A DNA stretch of 64,000 nucleotides. Source: a virus. Lineage: Duplodnaviria; Caudoviricetes. Where the stretch lies: positions 2,170 through 66,169 of the IMG/VR virus record IMGVR_UViG_3300043410_001333; one strand, 5' to 3'. Position numbers and translations under genes: made by a program. How positions within the stretch are numbered: position 1 is the first letter of the stretch; every line of letters begins with the position of its first letter. The notes under the pieces are model-generated. The model was not told the DNA's origin, made no database searches, and worked only from the letters and a program-made list of their open reading frames with translations. Positions 10,270-18,890 of this stretch are shown here, one piece after another.

Positions 10270-11454
10270 ATGCCCTCTAAACCGTGTATTATGTGTGGAT
10301 TAGCAAAACCTATATACGATGACGGTAAGTGTCGTTATTGCTATGCTGATTGGATTGTAACTACAGGGCGATCTGAAACAGAACTGCCTCCACGTTGCAC
10401 TGTTGCTAATTGCGACCGGTTTGCCGAAAAGAAAGGTATGTGTGATCGTCACTATAGACGTGTTGCGGACCACGGACATTCAGACAAGATAAGACAGCAA
10501 GGTCCTAGCGAATTACGACAACATCCTTATTTTAAGAATTGGGAATATCTGAAACGCAATAACGTATTGTGCGACGAGTGGAACGATTTTCGATCTTTTA
10601 TACGGCATGTAGGCGAGAGACCTACTGAATATCATAAAGCGTATAGACCAAGAAAAAACGAATTATACGGTCCTGACAATTTTGAATGGGTTTTAAGTCG
10701 TTCTAAGAATTTTGCTGCGCACTATGTAGAATTTAAGCCTTCTCGTGAAAAATCCGTACTAAATCGTTTTTACGGTATGTCACAACAACAGTATGACACG
10801 TTGTTAGCGGAACAAGGCGGAAAATGCGCTGTGTGTGATAAAAACACTGACGTATATGGTAAGGCTACTGAAGTAAACCAATCACTGTCTGTTGACCACG
10901 ATCATTCAACAGGCGAGATAAGAGGATTGTTGTGCAGAAAACACAATTTTGCTTTGGGTCAATTAGACGATAATCCTGATATTATAAGAAAACTTTTAGA
11001 ATATGTTACCAAACCTAACCACACTGGTTGGTTTGTTCCTGAAAAAAATTACTATGTAAAAGGCACCCCGGCGGCGTACAGAAAACCAAACACAAAAAAT
11101 AAAAATTGTTCTGTGAACGGATGTTATAATCCAGTTAAAGCAAAAAATTTGTGCAGTTCACACTATGCACAGAAAAGAATAACAGGTTCTACAACCGTAC
11201 CCGTGCGGTTACGTCCTTCCTGCTGCGTGGATGGCTGTAACGAGATATCTGTCGCTAAGTTGATGTGCCGTCCGCACTACAACGCAGACTACCAAAAAAG
11301 ATTGTCAGAAAAGAAACGATCCGAAAAAACATCATTTAAAAACTTGACCGTATCTTCTCTTGTATGTGATAATCCAACCCACAATTCCGTTAACATTCGT
11401 GGAGATACGGTCCCGAAAGAACGGCTATACCCACTAGGAGTTAACAATGCTTGA
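10270..11454 (+). CDS. free-standing endonuclease VII-type His-Me homing endonuclease with repeated Zn-finger-like modules
   Basis: QGGKCAVC..LSVDHDHSTGEIRGLLCRKHN; three C-x-V-x-x-C..C-x-x-HY repeats; AT-rich relative to flanks. Confidence 0.85.
   Translation: MPSKPCIMCGLAKPIYDDGKCRYCYADWIVTTGRSETELPPRCTVANCDRFAEKKGMCDRHYRRVADHGHSDKIRQQGPSELRQHPYFKNWEYLKRNNVLCDEWNDFRSFIRHVGERPTEYHKAYRPRKNELYGPDNFEWVLSRSKNFAAHYVEFKPSREKSVLNRFYGMSQQQYDTLLAEQGGKCAVCDKNTDVYGKATEVNQSLSVDHDHSTGEIRGLLCRKHNFALGQLDDNPDIIRKLLEYVTKPNHTGWFVPEKNYYVKGTPAAYRKPNTKNKNCSVNGCYNPVKAKNLCSSHYAQKRITGSTTVPVRLRPSCCVDGCNEISVAKLMCRPHYNADYQKRLSEKKRSEKTSFKNLTVSSLVCDNPTHNSVNIRGDTVPKERLYPLGVNNA
11344..11373 (+). promoter_or_regulatory. 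promoter inside the endonuclease 3' end, pointing at downstream structural genes
   Basis: TTGACC-N18-GATAAT with TGn extended -10. Confidence 0.45.
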
Positions 11455-12409
11455 CATCTCTACAACCAATTTTCCGAACGGCATCAGTTCTTACGGTATC
11501 CCGACGTTCGGCGTCGGCGGTATGCTGCCGTTCACGGGCCGTTACATCTTCGTTGACGCGACAAACGGCAACGACGGCAATCCAGGCACTCCGCAGAATC
11601 CTGTTGCTACACTGACGCAGGCCCTGACTTTGTGCGGCGATGGCGACAACAACGACGTTGTTTTTGTGACAGGCACCATCAGCATCACATCTACGCTGGC
11701 CTGGAACCTGAACAAGACCCACCTGATCGGCCTGACCGCTCCGTCGTCTAATGACCGGGCGCGCATCACAGGCGGCGGGTCTACCGTGTTCACCCCGCTT
11801 GTGAACGTGACGGGTCAGGGCTGTATCTTCGCCAACATCAGCACTTTCTACGGCTACGCGAGTGCGACGGCGCAGATTTGCTGGCTGGAAGCTGGCGGGC
11901 GTAACTACTACAGCAACTGTCAGTTCCTGGGCATGGGCAATGCCACAGCGGCGGCTCAGACCGGTGCGCGTAACCTGAAGGTGACGGGCGAAGGCGAAAA
12001 CGTTTTCGACCATTGCCGTGTGGGTTTGGACACGATCACCCGCAGTGCCGCGAACGCGTCGCTGGAATTCGCTTCCGGAACAGCGCGCAACGAGTTCCGC
12101 AACTGCGTGTTCCCGTTTGAGACAAACGCGTCTTCGCCGCTCGGTGTCATCGTCTCCGCAGCGGCTGGTTCGGACCGTTATCAGTTGTTCGACCGATGCG
12201 TGTTCATCAACAACGTTCAGTCTACATCTACTACGATGTCGGGTCTTTGCACCCTGGCCGCGTCCATGGGTGGGCTGCTGCTGATGAAGGATTGCACACT
12301 GGTCGGCATCACTGAGTTTGGCACGGACGCTACGTCTCGTGGTCAGATTTATGTTGATGGTGCGTCGGTTGTGGCAGCGACTTCGGGTATCGCTGTTAAC
12401 CCGACCTAA
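11447..12409 (+). CDS. virion protein, pectin-lyase-like beta-helix
   Basis: FVDATNGNDGNPGTPQNPVATL motif and repeated F.NC.F coils. Confidence 0.65.
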   Translation: MLDISTTNFPNGISSYGIPTFGVGGMLPFTGRYIFVDATNGNDGNPGTPQNPVATLTQALTLCGDGDNNDVVFVTGTISITSTLAWNLNKTHLIGLTAPSSNDRARITGGGSTVFTPLVNVTGQGCIFANISTFYGYASATAQICWLEAGGRNYYSNCQFLGMGNATAAAQTGARNLKVTGEGENVFDHCRVGLDTITRSAANASLEFASGTARNEFRNCVFPFETNASSPLGVIVSAAAGSDRYQLFDRCVFINNVQSTSTTMSGLCTLAASMGGLLLMKDCTLVGITEFGTDATSRGQIYVDGASVVAATSGIAVNPT

Positions 12410-12424
12410 GACTGACCTGTATAG

Positions 12425-12453
12425 ACTCCGGTTCTTACAATGAACCGGAGTTT
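12425..12453 (+). terminator. hairpin, possible terminator
   Basis: 10-bp stem ACTCCGGTTC/GAACCGGAGT; weak U tract. Confidence 0.55.
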
Positions 12454-12473
12454 CCCGCTATGGGAGTAGCGCT

Positions 12474-13130
12474 GTGACACATCCTATTTATCTTTCAGTA
12501 ACAGCAACGCCCGCGGATACGGCTGGCGTGGCAGCAAACCAGACGCGTCCTTCGGCGGGATATTTTACCCTAAACGGCACTTTCGTAACCGGCGGAACGG
12601 CTTCTTTTGCGTCGCCTACACAAATTAACGTTGTAAGTTTAGTAGTAGATACAAGCGACCGGACATTTACAATAACAGGTACTGACGTTCTTGGAAATCC
12701 ACTGACGGAAGAAGTTCTAGGCTCCGACAACACAACCACTTCCGTAGAGTTTTTCTCCACTGTCAGCAGCGTCTACGTTGATGGTATCGTTTCCGGTAAT
12801 GTGTCCATTGGAACATCCAACAACGTCGCTACACAGTGGGTTCCTTTCGATACCTACATGCCTGATTTCCAAGTGGCGTTCTATTTGGTAAGCGCTACTT
12901 TAGGCCCTCTGCCACAGATTGAAGTTACGTTTGACGATGTTTACGGAACGTGGCGCCCCGCTGCTGTGCCATATCCTCGCGGAGTAGCGCCTTCGGCTTT
13001 CAGTTTTACCGGAACAGCCAACGGCGTCATCAACGATAGCGTAGGCCCTGTGACAGCGGCGCGTCTTGTCGTTGATAGTTCAGGGTCTTATGGTAGCGTA
13101 AATGTTACCTTCATCCAGCAGGGATACTAA
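12474..13130 (+). CDS. virion structural protein
   Basis: 218 aa, Thr/Ser/Val-rich; FTITGTD..G..LTE motif; GGGAG RBS. Confidence 0.6.
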   Translation: MTHPIYLSVTATPADTAGVAANQTRPSAGYFTLNGTFVTGGTASFASPTQINVVSLVVDTSDRTFTITGTDVLGNPLTEEVLGSDNTTTSVEFFSTVSSVYVDGIVSGNVSIGTSNNVATQWVPFDTYMPDFQVAFYLVSATLGPLPQIEVTFDDVYGTWRPAAVPYPRGVAPSAFSFTGTANGVINDSVGPVTAARLVVDSSGSYGSVNVTFIQQGY

Positions 13131-13133
13131 CCC

Positions 13134-13709
13134 ATGGTAGTTAGATATTTCCGCAACGGTCAGGATTTTGACTTCGGTCCTCGCTACGCGAAGGGTGGTC
13201 CGGTTATCGGCACGAAGAAAGGCACCAAGATGTCTATTCCGTTGCCGGGTCCGGACAACATGAGCATGGACGCCGACAGCAGCGGGGTTGGCGAAGAACC
13301 GTCTGAAACCAGTCTCGGCCGTAGCGGACGGATCGCCCGCAGCCGTGCTGGTATGTCAGGTCTAGGCAATGCTGCACGACGCATTGCAACGGGGCCTGTC
13401 GGCCCGGTGGGCGCCGCTACGTCCCTGGCAGCCGCTCCACGTCCTGCTGTCAAGCGCGGTGGTGTTCCGGCTTTCGCCCGCGGTGGTCCGCTCACAGCGG
13501 CTGAACGCAATTCACTGCCGAAGTCTGATTTCGCGTTGCCGGGTAAGGGCGAAGGCAAGAATGGTAAAGGGTCGGGGTCCTACCCGATTCCGGATGCCAA
13601 CCACGCGCGCAATGCCTTGGCCCGTGTAGCGCAACACGGCACAGCCGCTGAGAAGGCCGCTGTTCGTGCCAAGGTTCACGCAAAATATCCAGATATCGGG
13701 AAGAAGTAG
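13134..13709 (+). CDS. basic internal virion protein (C-terminus resembles DUF6582)
   Basis: YAKGG and FARGG motifs; LPKSDFALPG..YPIPDANHARNALAR. Confidence 0.55.
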   Translation: MVVRYFRNGQDFDFGPRYAKGGPVIGTKKGTKMSIPLPGPDNMSMDADSSGVGEEPSETSLGRSGRIARSRAGMSGLGNAARRIATGPVGPVGAATSLAAAPRPAVKRGGVPAFARGGPLTAAERNSLPKSDFALPGKGEGKNGKGSGSYPIPDANHARNALARVAQHGTAAEKAAVRAKVHAKYPDIGKK

Positions 13710-13711
13710 TC

Positions 13712-14107
13712 ATGACCGTAGGACGTGTAAAATCCTTTTCACACCACCGCGCCGGTAAGGCGCAGGGTAAGGGTATGCCTCACTACGCCGAAGGCGGTTC
13801 TATGCGTCATGACGACGCCGCTATGGATCGCAAGATGATTTCAGCGGCTATGAAGGCTGACGAGAAGACCGACAAGCGTATGATTAAGAGCGCTGTCAGT
13901 CAACACGAAACGCAGGAACACGGCGGCAAGCATTCCAAGATTGAGTTGGCCTGTGGTGGTAAGGTTCGCAAGTACGCCCAAGGCGGTCCTGTCAAGCGCG
14001 CCCGTTCGGTGCCCGTCGCGCCGCAGCAGCCGATGATCGGTCCGATGCAGAGCGCGATGTCCGACACCTACGGCAACAACATGAAGCGGAGAATGCCGCG
14101 TGCATAA
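13712..14107 (+). CDS. basic internal virion protein
   Basis: YAEGG, LACGG and YAQGG motifs; Lys/His-rich. Confidence 0.6.
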   Translation: MTVGRVKSFSHHRAGKAQGKGMPHYAEGGSMRHDDAAMDRKMISAAMKADEKTDKRMIKSAVSQHETQEHGGKHSKIELACGGKVRKYAQGGPVKRARSVPVAPQQPMIGPMQSAMSDTYGNNMKRRMPRA

Positions 14108-14327
14108 AGCGGTAATGGAAGCACAGTCCCGCACCCTGGCAGAATGGGCTGAACTTTGGGAACGTGAATCTTTTGTAGGCGATTCCACCGGCTATAGTTC
14201 TGTTGTTGTAGCTTTGCGTAAAGCATCGTATAATATCGCCAAGGTCGTTGATCCAAACGCCAAGCAGAATTTAGGGTTGCACGAACTTCCGGAACCGGAA
14301 GTCGTGATGGAAGTTAGAGAAGATTAA
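14100..14327 (+). CDS. hypothetical protein
   Basis: 75 aa; GGAG RBS; stop overlaps the next ATG. Confidence 0.55.
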   Translation: MHKAVMEAQSRTLAEWAELWERESFVGDSTGYSSVVVALRKASYNIAKVVDPNAKQNLGLHELPEPEVVMEVRED

Positions 14328-15424
14328 TGGCAACCAGCGGGACAGTCAGCGGCTATAACTTCAATCTCGGCAAGGTTATAGATCACGCTTTCCGTCGCGC
14401 TGGTGTTCAGCCCGAACAGGTTTCATCTGAGCAACTGGAAGTAGCGCGGGATCTAGTGTTCACCCTGACAAGCGAATGGGTGAACGCTGGGTTTCCGTTA
14501 TGGACCCGTAAGTATTATCTTTTGAACACCCCTATCGGATCGCCCGATGTAGCAGCGCCGGTTGGCACGGTAGACATACGACAGGCTTACTGGCGTATCT
14601 TCAACCCTTATCGCGGCAACGCTACGACTTCAGCCGGTGCGGATGCGTCACCGCTGTTTACAGGCGAACCGAATGATACAGATGTTGTTATCGCAGGCCC
14701 AAACGCCGGGGTTATTGTAGATTTCGGTTCTGAAACCGAGATGGATACCGTAGGAGTGCTGCTGGGTGGTTCTTCGCCTATCACAGCAGCGCTTCAAATC
14801 AAAATTTCTGTGGATGGGTCTACCTGGACAACGTTCCAGACACTTGACAGCGCGACGTATACACCGGGGCAATGGACATATTTTGATCTGAACCCTACGT
14901 TATCCGCGCAGTTCGTTCAACTTGTGTTGCCCAGCGGCACGTTCACGTTGAACGCTTTGAATTTTTGTCTAGCCAACGGCAACGATATTCCTATCGGACC
15001 GTTAAACATAGACGATTATTACAACCTGCCAGATAAGATGTTTCGGTCCAACCAACCGAACTCGTCATATCTGGATCGTCAGTTGGCGCAGCCCGTGTTG
15101 AAGGTATGGCCTGTACTGAACGTGCAAGGCTTCTACCGTGGTACGGTCACAGCGCTTGCTCGCCGCTACATCCAAGATCCCGGTGAACTGACGAACGACG
15201 TGGAAGTCCCGCAGCGGTGGTTGGAAGCGTTGATTTGGCGGCTTGCGTCCATTCTGGTGCATGAGATACCGACACCTATTGAACAAAACGCACTTGCTGC
15301 TTGGCAGGCCCGTGTAGCTTTGACGGACAAGAACCGCCGTGAGGCGGAATTGCTGGCCTGGGCGGAAGAACGTGTGCGCGCACCGATCCGGTGGTCTCCC
15401 AACTTTTCTGTCTATACGAGGTAG
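14327..15424 (+). CDS. head-tail adaptor with an inserted discoidin-like domain (putative)
   Basis: MATSGT..IDHAFRRAG..EWVNAG..LW N-terminus; insert with DFG..SVDGSTWT; C-terminal VPQRWLEAL. Confidence 0.6.
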   Translation: MATSGTVSGYNFNLGKVIDHAFRRAGVQPEQVSSEQLEVARDLVFTLTSEWVNAGFPLWTRKYYLLNTPIGSPDVAAPVGTVDIRQAYWRIFNPYRGNATTSAGADASPLFTGEPNDTDVVIAGPNAGVIVDFGSETEMDTVGVLLGGSSPITAALQIKISVDGSTWTTFQTLDSATYTPGQWTYFDLNPTLSAQFVQLVLPSGTFTLNALNFCLANGNDIPIGPLNIDDYYNLPDKMFRSNQPNSSYLDRQLAQPVLKVWPVLNVQGFYRGTVTALARRYIQDPGELTNDVEVPQRWLEALIWRLASILVHEIPTPIEQNALAAWQARVALTDKNRREAELLAWAEERVRAPIRWSPNFSVYTR

Positions 15425-15430
15425 CGCACA

Positions 15431-16123
15431 GTGCCTCGGTTCCTAGACACTAGAGGCAATCCTACACTCGGCATCGGAATATGCGGCCGGTGTAGTCGAA
15501 AGATGCCTTTGCATGAATTGCATTCGGACCCGAACGCGCCGGGATTGCTTGTGTGCGTAGAGGATTTGGATCAATACGATCCTTATCGTCTTGCGCCACG
15601 CGAAACAGAAAATATCGCCTTGCGCTATCCGCGGCCTGATGTTCCGCTTTATCCAGGTCCCGTGCTTGATCCAGTTCTGCCGCTGCAAGGTGCTGTTGAC
15701 CCCAACACGATTCTTGTAACGCAGACCGATATCCTTATCGGCAGCGGAGACGACACGCCGACAGAAGTATTTACAACGCCCCCTGAAGTTATCGCTTCCG
15801 GCGAGACGCAAGAAACTGTTTATACAGGCAACAGCATTCTAGGTGTAAATCCCGCGACGACGCAAGGCGTGGCTGTGGCACCCCCAGTACACAAGGTCCG
15901 TGTGACAGTGCCTTGGGCACCAAACACGTATTATCCTGTCGGAGCGTCTGTAACACCTATAAATCCGGTAGGTATGCAAGCAGCGGGTTTAACTATTTAT
16001 ACTTTCACTTGCATAGCGCCCGGTATATCAGGTAATATAGCACCAGATTGGACTGTTTTTCCAGGCACAGGTGTATTAGATAATCAGGTGTTTTGGCTGA
16101 ACGCAGGATTTTATCAGCCGTAA
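15431..16123 (+). CDS. structural protein with N-terminal CxxC and C-terminal carbohydrate-binding-like module
   Basis: ICGRC..LVC; WAPNTYYPVGASV..YTFTCIAPG..P.W. Confidence 0.5.
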   Translation: MPRFLDTRGNPTLGIGICGRCSRKMPLHELHSDPNAPGLLVCVEDLDQYDPYRLAPRETENIALRYPRPDVPLYPGPVLDPVLPLQGAVDPNTILVTQTDILIGSGDDTPTEVFTTPPEVIASGETQETVYTGNSILGVNPATTQGVAVAPPVHKVRVTVPWAPNTYYPVGASVTPINPVGMQAAGLTIYTFTCIAPGISGNIAPDWTVFPGTGVLDNQVFWLNAGFYQP

Positions 16124-16138
16124 AAGGATATAGTTTCG

Positions 16139-18889
16139 ATGTCGGGTAGCACAACACCTGTTCTCATTCAGATACCTAGCCTCGGAACAGCCGGAACTCC
16201 GCTCAACACAGCCGCTGATCTTGTCGTTGTTTCGCAAAGCGGCATAGCGCGAAAGTTAACTGTAGACGAGTTTATCACGGGTGGTAAGTTCGCCACTCTC
16301 GGTACCAACACATTCACCGGTAAACAGACAATCGTTACATCCGGAACAAGTCTGGAAGTAACAGGACTTTCGCAGTTCAACACGGAAGTCTATCTACCTA
16401 TCAATGTGAACGCCGCTACTGGCATGGATATCAACAGCAGCCCGCCTTCTGGCTTTCCGCTGCTGATAAATTCTAATCTGACAGGAACCTATCCGGACCG
16501 ACCGAACCCGCTGATAGATTCTCCTTATCTGAACTACATCATTTGTAGAGACACGGCGGATTTCACGAACGCTCCCGCGAATTCAGGTGCTGTTGTTCAG
16601 ATCAGTCATAATCTGAACAACGGTAACGGCGGCGGACGAAACACGCTTCAGATTACCACAAATGTTCAGGGAACAAACATAAATGTAGACCCGCGGCTGA
16701 ACCAGTGGTCAGCAGCAGCGTTTTTCGGTAATGGTCTTGTTAATGTTGGTGGTACGGATGTCAGCAATCCTACGACTACTCGCGGAACAGTTTACGGTAT
16801 CTATCCGCAAGCTGTCTTGTATGGTCCTCAAGGCAGTTTCAACGGCGCTACAAACTGGTTCGGTGTAGCCGGGGGTGAGGTAGACGTTGGTATTCTGGCG
16901 GGAGCGTCGGCGTACCATAAGCGCGGTTTCTATGTGGGCTTGCTTGGACTGGATCGTGTATCCGGGGTAGGGGACGATTTCGGTTTTGGCCTTACCACTC
17001 TCGGGTCAACGGTAGGTTGGCGCAACGGCTATTCGGTGGGTCAGACTGGGGGCAGCGCGGGTTATATCATCAACCCGACAACAGGCGCGCTGTTCGGTAT
17101 CACGACGATGCAAAACGGTTCTGCATCAGGGCCGAAGTTCTCCCTGCAGCAGTCTCCTTACGGCATCAACATCGCTCAGTGGGTATCTACAGAAGGAGCG
17201 TTCATCTCTCCTGGTTTCCGCGTAAACAAGGACGGCGCGGTGCTTATAGGGGGCGCAAAAATATCGTATACGTCGCCCACCTTTGCTATTGACGCCAATG
17301 GCCGCACAACAACAGCCGCTACGGTAAGCGGATCGTCCGGTCTGAACACCGGCAACCGTGTCGGAGACCGTTTTTACGATACGAAATATTATGGTATATA
17401 CCAAGCGGCAACAATTGATGGTAACGGTGCCGTAACAAAGTTTTCTGTGGTAAGTCCATCGTTTACAGATGTTGTCGGGCCTGATACGACGCTGACGCTG
17501 ATCGGCGGTTCCGGCGGACAGCAGCAGGTAAAAGCGGATGTGACCTGGACCGACGCAACAGACATCTCGTTTGCCGCGTCAGGGGCCACAACGACGTTCG
17601 GCGGTAACGTGGATGCTACGGGCTATTTGATCGACGGTGCGCCGTTTGCGTCTGCCCCAGCAGCGGCGTCCAACGGTTATCAGACGGTTCTCGGCCGGGA
17701 TGCAGGGCTAACGTTGAAGTCTTCCGCTATTGAATCAACCATTGTTGGTTGGCGCGCGGGCGGCTCTGATGGCGTCGGTTTGACAGGTGCTGAAAACACC
17801 TTGATCGGCTGGCACTCCGGTAATCGTATGACCAGCGGCGCGTTCAACACGGCTGTCGGCGTCAATACGATGGGGTTTGAAACCACCGGCAGCAACAATA
17901 CCGCGGTGGGTGTAGACGCCATGCGCAACAGCGTAGGCATGATCGCCAATATCGCGATAGGCACGAACGCTCTGCGCAACGGTGCTGTTACCGTGTCCAG
18001 TGTGGCAGTCGGTTACGAGGCGCTGAAGGGCGATGAAACTGTTCCGTCTACTTCGGTAGGCAGCGACCTGATCGCCATCGGCTACGCGTCCATGACTTCC
18101 GCTACGCGCACAACAGCCGCTAACGTCGTAGCTATTGGTACACGTTCCGCGACCGCTATTACGACAGGCACAGCCAGCGTTTACGTAGGACACGAAGCGG
18201 GCAAAGCGGTTACATCATCGGCTAATGCTGTAGGTGTCGGTTATCAGTCTCTTTTGAAACTGACTACAGGCGGTGGTAACGTCGCTGTAGGCCGCAACAC
18301 ACTTAATGAAATAACAACAGAAACAGGCAACGTAGCGGCTGGTAATCAGGCCGGTAAGACCGTTATAGGTAAAGAGAACGTTTTTGTTGGGCTAAATTCC
18401 GGTATAACGGCTACTACAGCTAACTATAACGTTGCCATAGGCTCTGGAACAGGAACACTTCTACAATCCGACAACAACGTTATCTTGGGTGCCTATAGCG
18501 GTGTAAAAATTACAACCGGCGCCAACAACGTTCTGATCGGTCCTGCTGTTGGTTTGACGACGCTCGCTACCGGCAGCAACAATATCCTGATCGGTAACTC
18601 AAACTGCGATACAGCGACCAGTTCTACAAGCGGTACGCTGAAGATAGCCAACTCGACTGTTCCTGTTATGTCCGCCACGGGTATTACTGGAACAACGCCT
18701 GTTGTGTGTTTTGACGGCGGCACGGTTACGATAGGGCCTTCAGGTTCTCCCACTATTACCTTCGGCTCTGGTGCGCCTGCGTCTACGCAGCCTAAAGGGT
18801 CTGTTTATCTTCGCACGGGCGGCGGTGTCGGCTCCACGTTGTATGTCTCGCAAGGTGGCGGCACATGGAACCCGGTAGCGGGAGTTTAA
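16139..18889 (+). CDS. tail fibre/spike with YadA-head-like repeats
   Basis: 916 aa, Gly/Thr-rich; ~14-aa N[TV]A[VI]G repeats in the C-terminal half; C-terminal GSVYLRT.GG..LYV. Confidence 0.75.
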   Translation: MSGSTTPVLIQIPSLGTAGTPLNTAADLVVVSQSGIARKLTVDEFITGGKFATLGTNTFTGKQTIVTSGTSLEVTGLSQFNTEVYLPINVNAATGMDINSSPPSGFPLLINSNLTGTYPDRPNPLIDSPYLNYIICRDTADFTNAPANSGAVVQISHNLNNGNGGGRNTLQITTNVQGTNINVDPRLNQWSAAAFFGNGLVNVGGTDVSNPTTTRGTVYGIYPQAVLYGPQGSFNGATNWFGVAGGEVDVGILAGASAYHKRGFYVGLLGLDRVSGVGDDFGFGLTTLGSTVGWRNGYSVGQTGGSAGYIINPTTGALFGITTMQNGSASGPKFSLQQSPYGINIAQWVSTEGAFISPGFRVNKDGAVLIGGAKISYTSPTFAIDANGRTTTAATVSGSSGLNTGNRVGDRFYDTKYYGIYQAATIDGNGAVTKFSVVSPSFTDVVGPDTTLTLIGGSGGQQQVKADVTWTDATDISFAASGATTTFGGNVDATGYLIDGAPFASAPAAASNGYQTVLGRDAGLTLKSSAIESTIVGWRAGGSDGVGLTGAENTLIGWHSGNRMTSGAFNTAVGVNTMGFETTGSNNTAVGVDAMRNSVGMIANIAIGTNALRNGAVTVSSVAVGYEALKGDETVPSTSVGSDLIAIGYASMTSATRTTAANVVAIGTRSATAITTGTASVYVGHEAGKAVTSSANAVGVGYQSLLKLTTGGGNVAVGRNTLNEITTETGNVAAGNQAGKTVIGKENVFVGLNSGITATTANYNVAIGSGTGTLLQSDNNVILGAYSGVKITTGANNVLIGPAVGLTTLATGSNNILIGNSNCDTATSSTSGTLKIANSTVPVMSATGITGTTPVVCFDGGTVTIGPSGSPTITFGSGAPASTQPKGSVYLRTGGGVGSTLYVSQGGGTWNPVAGV

Positions 18890-18890
18890 T

